This document shows, in pieces, positions 16,472 to 26,500 of a stretch of DNA of 30,388 bases; position 1 is the first letter of the stretch; the number at the start of each line of letters is the position of its first letter. Below the pieces are notes generated by a model. It was not told the origin of the DNA and did not search any database. It saw nothing but the letters and a program-made list of their open reading frames with translations. Both the position numbers and the translations under genes were made by a program. The stretch is taken from contig JAPSGB010000051.1 of the NCBI GenBank assembly GCA_035063585.1, forward strand, positions 1 to 30,388, written 5' to 3'. The stretch comes from Polyangiaceae bacterium. GTDB lineage: Bacteria > Myxococcota_A > Polyangia > Polyangiales > Polyangiaceae.

Positions 16472-17356
16472 ATGACGCGCATCCGCTCGCGCCACCTGCG
16501 GCGCTCGCCGCGCCGCGCCGCGTCGTCGGGCTGGGCCGCGGTGCTCGCGCTCGGGGCGCTCACCGCGGGGTGCGGCGCCGCGCCGGGCCCCGACGTCCGC
16601 GCGCGCGCGGCGATGTACGCCGGCGCGGGCGACTACGACCGCGCCGCGAGCGAGCTGCGAGCGGCCATCGCCGCGCGACCGCCCGCGATCTCCGAGCGGC
16701 GTCTGCTCATCCGGATCCTCGCCGCCCGGGGGGATTGGGGGTCGGCTCGGCGCGAGGCAGAGGCGTTGGCGGTCGCGCTCGGACCGGCGAGCCCCATCCC
16801 TTGGCTCGAGCTCGGCCACGTGAGCGAGCTCGCGCACCGCTACGACGACGCGCTCGCTGCCTACGATCGCGCCGCCGAGGTGGCGCCGCTGGATCCTGCC
16901 GGTCCGCGCGAGGGCGGGATGCGGGCCGCGCGCTGGGGAGAAGCGGAGCTCGCGGAGCCGCGGCTCACCGAGGCGCTGCGCCGCGCGCCGGGAGACGCCG
17001 CCGCGTGGCATGCCCTCGGCCTGGTCCGCGCGCGGCTCGGAGAGCGCTCGGGTGCGCGCGACGCGTTCCGCGCCGGGCTCCGCGTCGACCCACACGCGCT
17101 AGAGAATCGCCTCGGTCTCGCCACGCTCGCGCTCGGAGAGGGGGACGCGCGCGCAGCGCTCGCCGAGTACGAGCTCTTGATCGCGGCGCGGCCCAGGCTG
17201 GGAGATCTCCGGCTCGGCCGCGCGCTCGCCCTCACGCTGCTCGAGCGCTACGACGAGGCCGAGGCGGAGCTCGCGCGCGCCGAAGCGCTCGGCGCCGCGC
17301 GGCGCGCGCTCGCCGCCCAGCGCGCGCTCATCGCGCGACGGCGCGCGTCGCGCTGA
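16472..17356 (+). CDS. TPR-repeat lipoprotein
   Basis: Arg-rich N-region, a hydrophobic stretch and lipobox TAGC. Canonical TPRs: PWLELG..YDDALAAYDRAAEVAP, AWHALG..ARDAFRAGLRVDP. Confidence 0.85.
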   Translation: MTRIRSRHLRRSPRRAASSGWAAVLALGALTAGCGAAPGPDVRARAAMYAGAGDYDRAASELRAAIAARPPAISERRLLIRILAARGDWGSARREAEALAVALGPASPIPWLELGHVSELAHRYDDALAAYDRAAEVAPLDPAGPREGGMRAARWGEAELAEPRLTEALRRAPGDAAAWHALGLVRARLGERSGARDAFRAGLRVDPHALENRLGLATLALGEGDARAALAEYELLIAARPRLGDLRLGRALALTLLERYDEAEAELARAEALGAARRALAAQRALIARRRASR

Positions 17357-17512
17357 CGGCGTGACGGGCTCGGCGCGGGGCCCGCCGGTTCCGCGCCGGG
17401 CCGACCTCCCCTCGAACCGGCCGGTGAGGAACCAGCGGGGTCTCGGGGCCTCGACCGCGGGGGGGCGTCCCGGGCGGGCTCGCGCGCCAGGTCCGCCTTG
17501 AGAATCGCGGAT

Positions 17513-17580
17513 TTGCAAGTCTTGTAAGCCCCCCGGGGGGAGCGTAGGCTCGGCGCCCCTTTCAAAGTGGCAATTTCCAC
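17513..17580 (+). promoter_or_regulatory. Putative sigma70 promoter of the giant TPR gene with two imperfect palindromes
   Basis: TTGTAA (17522-17527), 17-nt spacer, TAGGCT (17545-17550). Inverted repeats TTGCAAG-T-CTTGTAA (17513-17527) and GTGGCAATTTCCAC (17567-17580). SD GGAG precedes ATG 17590. Confidence 0.55.
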
Positions 17581-17589
17581 GGGTGGAGC

Positions 17590-20500
17590 ATGGATTCTCA
17601 GAAGATCCGCGAGGCGCTAGGCCATCTTCAGGAAGACCCTGACTCGAGCGACGGCTGGAAGTCGCTGAAAGCGGAGATTGCCGCACCCGGTGGCGATCTC
17701 ACCCCGTCCGATCTGCTCCGGCTCCTGTCGGCGGCGCGGCACGAGCATCAGCAGCGTGGAGAGTGGGACGCGGTCGCGGCGCTCCTCGAGCTCGAGGCCG
17801 AGCGCGCCGCCGGGACCGAGGCGGAGGGCGCGCTGCTCGCCGAGCTCGCGCGAGTGCTCGAGGCCGAGCTGCTCGATGAGGACGAGGCCGGCGTCGCCTG
17901 GCTCCGGCTCCTCGAGTTACACCCCGACGACGCGACCGCCGAGGCTGCTCTGCAGGAGAGCGAGGGCAAGCGCGAGCGATGGCGCGAGCTCGTCTCGACC
18001 TATGCGGGCGAGGCGGAGCAGGCACCCGATGACGTCTACCGGAGCTCGATGCTCATGCGCGCTGCCGAGATGGAGCTGCGCTTCGGCTCGGGAGACGCGG
18101 AGCTCGGCACCATCGTCGATCGTCTCGAGCAGGCGGCGCGGCTCGACCCCGCCAACGATCGCGCCGGCAGGATGCTCGAGCGGATCTTCCGTAAGGCGAG
18201 CCGCTGGGAGGACGCGGCCCGGGTGCTCGAGCGCATGGCGGATCGCAGCGCGACGCCCGAGCTGCGGGTAGAGGCCGGGGTGAGGCTCGCGCGGCTGTGC
18301 CGACACCAACTCGACGAGCCCGCGCGCGCAGCCGCCGCCTTCGAGCGCGTGCTGGCCGACAAGCCCGCGCATCCCGAGGCGATGAGCTTCCTGTCCGAAT
18401 ACTACTCGCGCATGGAGCGCTGGGACGATCTCGTCGCGTTCTACGAGAAGAACCTCTCGAACCAGGGCACGCCGGACGCCGAGCGCCTGGGCGACATGCT
18501 CCAGATCGCGATGCTCCACTTTCGCATGCGCGGCAAGCCGCAGGACGCCGAGCCGTGGTTCGAGCGCATCGCGAAGATCGAGCCGACCCACCCCGGGATG
18601 TTGAGTTTTTATCGGGAATACAGCGGAGAGCTCGGGGACGACGCGCGGCTCATCGAGGTGCTCCAGCGCGCGCAGCGAGCGATGAAGGACGGCGCCGAGC
18701 GCGCAGCCCTCGGTGCCGAGCTCGCCAAGCTGATGGAGGGTCAGGAGAACGCCCAGAAGGCCATCGAGCAGTATAAGACCGTGCTCCGGCAGGATCCGGA
18801 CAACGCCGAGGCGCGCGCGTCGCTGAAGCGCCTGTACACCCAGACGCAGGGCTATAACGCGCTCGTCGAGCTCCTGCGCCAGGAGCTCGACCGCACCCCC
18901 GTCGAGCAGTACGAAGCGCGTCTCGGCATCTTGCGCGAGGTCGCGACCGTCTATCGCCAGTTCATCAAGAGCGAGACGGCGCTGGTCACGGTGCTAAATC
19001 AGATCGTTCAGCTCGACGAGAAGCTGGACGAGAACGACATCGTCGAGGTGCGGGAGCTCGCGCAGCTCTACGAGAAGCTCGGTCGCTGGAGAGAGCTCCT
19101 CACCACCCAGCTCAAGCTCGCCGACCTCTCGAGCGACACGGACGAGAAGCAGGCGCTCTATCGGGCGGTCGCGCGCCGCTGGCTCGAGCAGTTCTCGAAC
19201 GTGCAGAACGCGACCGAGGCCTACGAGGCGCTGCTCGGCGTCGCGCCCGGTGATCGCGAGGCGCGTGATCGTCTCGAGGAGCTCTACCGGAAGCGTCGCG
19301 CCTGGCCGCAGCTCTATGAGTTGTTCGAGCGCGAGCTCACCGGGGCCGAGGGCTCCGAGCGACTGACGCTCCTTCGAGAGATGGCGCAGCTCGCTGCCGA
19401 GCGCCTGAACCGCGGGGCTGACGCGGTGAGGCTCTATCGCGAGATCCTCGAGGCGGATCCCTCGCGCGACGACGTGCTCGACGCGCTCGAGCGTCACGCC
19501 GAGCGGAGCCGCGATCACGCGGCGCTGGCGGAGGTCCTCGAGCGGCGGGTCACGCGCGCGGCCGACGACGAGGCCCGCCTCGGCGTGCTCCAGAAGCTCG
19601 GCAGCGTATACGGCGATCATCTCGGTGATCCGGTGGCCGCCGCCGGCGCCTGGCGGCGTGTGCTCGAGCTGTCGCCCGGGCACCAGCGCGCGTTGCGCGT
19701 GCTGCGCGATGCGTACCTGGCGAGCGGCGAGCTCGCGGCCCTCGAGGAGCTCTACGGATCGCAGAACGACTGGGAGGGGCTCGCCGACGTCTTCAGCACC
19801 GCGGCCGATCGCGCCAAGGATGCGACGAGCAAGATCGAGCTCTCCTATCGCGCCGCGGCCATCTACGAGGAGCGGCTCGCGCAGCCGGATCGGGCTTTCC
19901 GGTCCTACGAGCGCATCCTCGCCGCCGAGCCGACCGATGCGCGCGCGGCGCGCGCGCTCATCCCACTCTACGAGCGGGACGAGAAGTGGGCGCGGCTCCC
20001 GGCCCTCTACGAGGTCCTGCTCGCGCAGGCCGAAGACGAGGGGCAGCAGCTCGCGCTGCTCGGCAAGCTGGCCGAAGTCACCGGCGCGCGCCTCGGCGAC
20101 CGCAGAGCGGCCGCCGGCTATGCTCGCCGGGCATACGAGCTCTCGCCGTCGAGCGAGCTGGCGCTCGCGGCGTTCGAGGAGGCGTCCCGGGCGGCGGGAG
20201 ATTGGGAGCCATACGTGCAGGCGCTCGAGGCGCGTCTCTCGGCGGAGCCGGCGCCGGCTCCCGCTCCGGAAGCTGCGGCCGAGGGGGGAGGGAAGAAGAA
20301 GGGTCGAAAGAAGAAGAAGGTCGAAGAGACGGCGCCGACGGCAGACTCCGACACTCGGCCCATCGAGCTCGCGCTGGCGCGCGTCTACGCCGATGAGCTC
20401 GGGCGCCCGGAGCAGGCGGTCGCGGCGTATCGGCGCCTGCTCGAGCGCGATCCTTCCGACGCCGCCGCCGGCCAAGCGCTCGAGGCCCTCCTGCGGCGAG

Positions 20501-23500
20501 ACGATCGGCGTGACGAACTCCGGTGGCTGCTCGGGCTGCGGGTCGAGCACACGGTCGGAGACTCCGAGCGCGTGCAGATCTTGCAGAGCTGGGCCGACCT
20601 CGAGGAGGACGTGTTCGAGGCGCCCGAGCGCGCGGCGGACCTCTACCGTCGCGTCCTCGAGCTTGCTCCGAGCGATCCGGCCGCCGTGGCAGCGCTCCCT
20701 CGCCTGCTGCTCGCCGCGGGCGACGCAGCCGGCGCAGCGAAGGTGCTCGAACAGCACCGTGGCGCGGGCGAGGGCGAGGCCGGCGCGGAGCGGGAGGTCA
20801 AGCTCGCCGAGCTCTACCTCGACCAGCTCGGTCGTCCGGCCGACGCGCTCGGCGCCGCCGTGCGCGCGCTCGAGCTCTCGGCGGGTGAGCCGCGGGCCAT
20901 GAGCGTCCTCGAGCGTCTGCTCGAACTTCCGGACACCCGCGCCGACGCAGCCCGGGTGCTCGCCGAGCGGTACGCCTCCGGGGGAGAGGCGCGGAGAGAA
21001 GCGAACGCCCTCCGCGCGCTGCTCGAGGTGAGTCGTGATGAGTCCGAGCGCATCCGCCTCTTCTCACGGCTAGCCGACGTCGAGGAGGAGAAGCTCGGCG
21101 CCTTCGGCAGTGCGCTCGACGCGATCCTGGCCGCCGCTTCCGAGTATCCGGCAGAGACCGCGCTCTGGGATCGCGCCGACTCGCTCGCGATGCTCGCGGG
21201 GCGCCCGACCGATCTCGCCGAGGCCTTCCGCCTGGCGCTCCTGCACGAGCTCCCCGAGGGGGTTCAGGCCGAGCTCTGCGAGCGCGCGGCGCGCCTGCAC
21301 GAGGACCGCCTCGGCGATCCGCTGGGCGCTACCCCGTACCTCGAGAAGGCGCTCAAGCTCGATCCGGGCAATGAGCGCGTGTTCGCGCGGCTGAAGGACA
21401 TCTTCACCGCGGCGGAGCGGTGGAGTGAGCTCGAGGCGCTCTACGACCGCGCCTCTCTGGCCACCGAGGATCTCTCGCGCCGCATCGACATGCTGGTGGA
21501 GGTCGCGCTCATTTGCGAGGAGATCATCGAAGAGCCAGCCAAGGCGACCCGCTACTACGAGCGCATCCTCGAGCTCGACCCGATGCATGACGTTGCGATT
21601 CGAGCGCTCGACCGGTTGTACGCCCGCCAGGGGCGCCACCTCGAGCTGGCGGCCCTCCTCGAGCGGCGGCTCGACACCGTAGTCGGGGACGAGCTCCTGG
21701 AGCACAAGCTTCGGCTGGCACACCTCCGGCTCGAAGAGCTCCACGAGCCGGCCAAGGCAGTGGACTACGTCGAAGACGTCCTCAGGGAGCGTCCGAACGA
21801 CCACGAGGCGCGGCAGCTCGCCGAGCGGCTCCTCGAGGTGGGCAGCATCCGCGCTCGCGTGGCGCGTGCGCTCGAGGTCGTCTACGAAGCGCGGGACGAG
21901 ATCCGCGAGCTCGTGCGCGTGCTCGGGATCCGCCTCGAGGAGCTCGACGCCGAGCGCGCTCCCGCGCCGGAGGGGTCGAGCGCGACCCGCGACGACGAGC
22001 GACGAGAGCTCTTGCGCCGCATCGCGCTCCTTCGAGACGAGCGGCTCCATGACGACGCTGCTGCCTTCGACGCCCTGGCTCGGCTAGTGCCCCTCGACGC
22101 GCTGGACTCCGACGCGCGGGAGCGGCTCGTGGAGGTGGGTCGGCGTATCGGCGCCCACGAGCGGGTAGCAACGGTGCTCACCGCCGCGGCGGAGGCCGCC
22201 GACACCTCGGGGCTCAAGGGCGAGATCTTGATGCAGGTCGCGCGAATGCAAGAAGATCTGCTCGATGACACCGCGGCGGCCGAGGCCACCTATCGGAAGA
22301 TCGCCGCGCTCGACGACACCGACGCCGACCTGGTGCTCCCGGCGGCGCGCGCGCTCGAGCGCATCTACTCAGGGCACGGAGCGCATCAGCAGCTCGCCGA
22401 GACGCTGCGTACCCAGGTGCGACTCGAACAGGATGGCGCAGCGCGCCGAGACCTGCTCGGCCGTCTCGGAGAGCTCTGCGAGAGCCAGCTCGGAGATCTC
22501 GAGGGCGCCATCGACGCATGGCGTGTTCGCGTCGAGGACGATCCGACGGACGAGGCTGCGCTGGGCTCTCTCGACCGCCTCTACGAGCGGTCCGGCCGGT
22601 GGCGCGACCTCGTGCAGATCCTCGAGCGCCGGCGCGAGCTCCTCGATGACGCGAGCGGGCGGAGGGCGTTCATGGTTCGCGCGGCCGAGGTGCTCGCGTC
22701 GCAGCTCGGGAGCGTTCCCGAGGCGATCGAGGCTTGGCGAGCGGTGCTCGACGAGTTTGGGCCGGAACCAGCGGCGCTCGGAGCCATCGAAGCGCTCTAC
22801 GCGCGAGCCGAGCGTTGGTCGGACCTCGGCGATTCGTATCAACAGCACCTCGATATCGTCGAGGATGACGCGGCGCGGCTCGAGCTGCTCGCGCACCTCG
22901 GCGACGTCCAGCGAGCCCATCTCGGGGACCTTCCGGGAGCGCTCGAGACCTATCGCCGCGCGCTGACCATCGACACCGGGCACGGGCCGAGCCGGGACGC
23001 CGTCGACGCGCTCTTGGCGAGTGAGGATCTTCCGTCGCGTCGCGAGGCGGCGCAGATCCTGCGGCCCATCTACGAAGCGGAGTCCGCTCACGAGCCGCTG
23101 CTGAAGGTGCTCGAGATCGACATTCAGGCCTCGGACGACTCGCTGACGCGGCTCGAGCTCCTCGAGACGGCACTCCGCGTCGCTGAGGGGCCGCTCGGCG
23201 ACGCCGGCCGCGCCTTCGGCTACGCGGAGCGCGCCATGCGAGAGGCAGTCGGCCACGCCGAGCTCGAGCCGTGGCTCGAGCACCTCGAGCGTCTCGCCGC
23301 CGCGACGGGGCGTCACGCCGAGCTCGTAAAGCTCCTCGCCGAGGTCGCTCCGAACATCTTCGACGGCGAAGTCCAGCTCGCGGTGATGCTCAAGATCGCC
23401 GACGTCGCGCGTCGTAAGCTCGCCGATCCGCAGCTCGCGCGTGAGTACTATCAGAAGGCGCTCGAGCTACGCTCCGACGACGCCACCGCGCTCTTGGCCC

Positions 23501-26500
23501 TCGAGGCTCTCTACGAGGAGGCCGGCGACGCCCAACACCTGCTCGAGATCCTGGAGCGGCGAGCCGACCTGTCCGAAGACGATGGCGAGAAGCGGCAGCT
23601 CCTCTTCCGCCGGGCTCGTCTGCTCGCCGACGTGCTCGATGACAAAGCTCGCTCCATCGAGGTGTACGAGACCATCCTCGAGCTAGGGCTCGACGTGACC
23701 GCCATCGAGGCGCTCGAGAAGCTCTACACGTCGGAGGGGCGGTGGGTCGACCTCGTCGATCTCCACCAGCGGCAGCTCGACGCGGACGAGACCCCGTCAC
23801 TCCACGTCAAGATCGCGGAGGTCGCGGCGCGACGGCAGCAGGATTTGCCGCGAGCGTTCGACGAGCTCGAGCGCGCGCTCGAGCTCGATCGCCAGCATGA
23901 CGGCGCGATCGCAGAGCTCGAACGACTGCTCTCCGAGGCGCCCGACGCCGAGTCGCGCGCTCGCGCGGCGACGCTGCTCGAGCCCGTGTATCTGCTGCGT
24001 GCCGACTTCAGCAAGGTGATGGCCTGCCTCCAGGCGCGCCTCGACTTCGCTCCGGATCCGGACGAGCGTCATGAGCTCTTGCGACGCCTCGCGCAGCTGC
24101 ACGAGGAGCAACGCGAGGATTACGTCTCCGCGCTCGACACGGTGGCCAAGCTGCTGCACGAAGATCTGGCGGACGAGGACACCATCTCCGAGCTCGAGCG
24201 GCTCGCCAAGGTCGCCGGCGCCGACCAGCGACTGGCCCAGATCTATGCCGCGGAGCTCGAGCAGGTGTCGGGAGACGACCCGGTCACCGCCCGCTTGGCG
24301 CGCCGCACCGGCGAGCTCTACTCACAGCTGGACGACGGGGAACGAGCGCTCGGATTTTATCGGCGCGCGCTGGCGTTCGAGCCGGACGATCGCCACTTGT
24401 TCGACGCCATCGACGCCATCCTGTCCCGCCTCCGGCGACACGAGGAGCGCGTCGCGCTCTACCGGGACGCGCTCGAGCATCGCTTCGAGCCGGCCGAGCG
24501 CCTGCAGCACCTGCACGTCATCGCGGAGCTCGAGGAGACCAAGCTCGAGCGGATCGACGAGGCGATCGAGACCTATCGCTCGGCGCTCGACGTGGACGAG
24601 GGCGACGCGCAGGCCCTCGATGCCTTGACCAGGCTCTACGAGACGCGCGAGCGCTGGGATGACCTCGCGGAGTTGCATCTCCGTCGAGCCGAGCAAGCGC
24701 CCAGCGCCGGCGCGGCGGCGGCGCATCGGCTGGCCCTCGCGCGGCTGCTGACCGGTCGCCTCGGGGACACGGAGCGCGCCATCGACCAGCTCGACGAGAT
24801 CGTTCGCTCCACGCCCGGTTCGAGCGAGGCCGTGAAGGAGCTCGAGGGGCTCCTCCGGGACGACGCGCACAAGGAGCGCATCGTCGAGATCCTGCGCCCG
24901 ATCTACGAGGCCGCGGACGACTGGCGGCACCTCATCAAGCTGAACGAGGAGCGCTTCGCGCTCGCCGAGGGCGAGGCCGACAAGGTCCTCGTGCTCCGGG
25001 AGACCGCGCGCCTGTGGGAAGAGCGCGCGAGCGATCCCGGGCGCGCGCAGCGAGCTCTGGAAGCCGCGTTCGAGCTCGACCCCGAGGACGCGGAGGTCCG
25101 TGGCGAGCTCGAGCGCCTGGTCGAGTCGACCGGAGACTATGGCACGCTGGCTCGAGCCTATGAGGGGGCGCTCGCCGCCAGGCCTGAACTAGTCAACAAG
25201 CGGGATCTCCTCGCGGCGCTCGCGCGCGTCCATGACCTTCATCGAGACGATCCGCGACGCGCGTTGGAGGCTTATGCCGAGCTCCACGAGGTGGACCCTT
25301 CGGACCTCGCGCCGCTCGAGAAGATGGAACGCCTGGCGACCCTGCTCAGCGACTGGCCCATGGTCGTGCGTGCGCTCACGGCGAAGGTCGACCTCCTCCT
25401 CTCGGACGAGGAGCGCGCGGGAGTCTGGCGCCGGGTCGGTGAGGCCAAGCGGGACATGCTCGAGGATCGTGCCGGGGCGATCGCCGCGTACGAGCGCGCC
25501 GCGGAGCTAGAGCCGGGCAACTCCTTCACCATCGACTGCCTCATCGAGCTTCGCGAGTCCGCGGGCGAGGCCGAGCCGCTCGTGGAGCTCTACGAGCGGC
25601 GCGTCGAGCTCTGCGGAGAGGGTGATGAGGACCTCACCTATCAGCTCTTGAGCGACGCTGCCGCGGTGTACGAGACCAAGCTCACGGATCGTCCCCGCGC
25701 GATCGACGCGCTGTCGCGCGCCTTGGCGGCCAAGCCCGGCGACCGCGCGGTGCTCTCATCCCTCGGCCGGCTCTATCGTGCCGAAGAGATGTGGCCCGAG
25801 CTCCTCGAGAGCCTTCGCCTCGAGGCGAGCGCCGCTGAGTCGGTAGAGGAGCGCACGCGGCTGCGTAAGGAGATGGCTGCGCTCCTCGGGGAGCAGATGG
25901 AAAGTCACGAGGAGGCGCTCGAGGTCTATCGCCTGGTACTGGAGGAGGCGCCAGAAGACCGCGAGGTCGTGGACGCCGTGCGCGCCATCGGCAGAGCGCA
26001 CGACCAGCTGCGCGAAGCGGTCGCCGCTACCCTGGTCCCGGTGCTTCGCGCGACCAGCCAAGACGAGGCTCTGGTGGACGTCCTCGAGCTGCGCCTCACC
26101 GCGGAGAACGAGCCGGGGCAACGTGCGGAGACGCTCCGCAACATCGCCGAGGTGCTCGAGACACGGCTGGCGCGTCCGGCTGACGCGCAGAACTCCTTGC
26201 TTCGGGCCCTCGCCGAGCGACCGGAGTTGCGCGAGCTCCACGGAGACATCGAACGGCTCGCGGAGGCGAGCGGCGGCTGGGGCCGTTATGCGGACGCCCT
26301 CGGCGAGCGCGCGCAGAGCACCTTCGACCCGGAGATCGGGAAGGATCTCTACACCCGCCTCGGCAGGATCGCGGAGGAACGCCTGAGTGATCGTCAGCGC
26401 GCGGTCGAAGCCTACTCGAAGGCGCTCGAACAAGCCGGGGACCAACCGGAGCTCCTCTTGGCGCTCGATCGCCTGTATGGCGCCCTGGGCGAGCACCAGG

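Noticed and set aside
12877..17095. Full-length track ORFs 12877..15561 (894 aa) and 15518..17095 (525 aa), and likewise 11233..12702 (489 aa), as fusion proteins
   Set aside because: Their N-terminal extensions are alternative or antisense frames of crt, the TPR lipoprotein gene and efp. The likely real starts are 14730, 16417 and 12087.
11197..17400. Short motif GGTTCCGCGCCG recurring after gene ends (near 11201 and 17387) as a REP-like element
   Set aside because: It is only 12 nt, GC-rich, and also occurs inside a coding region near 1038, so it is compatible with chance.
17568..17583. Sigma54 promoter (TGGCA) upstream of the giant gene, and TGGCAC upstream of the AhpD gene
   Set aside because: Neither has a TTGC-like -12 element at the required spacing. 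Sigma70-like boxes fit better.
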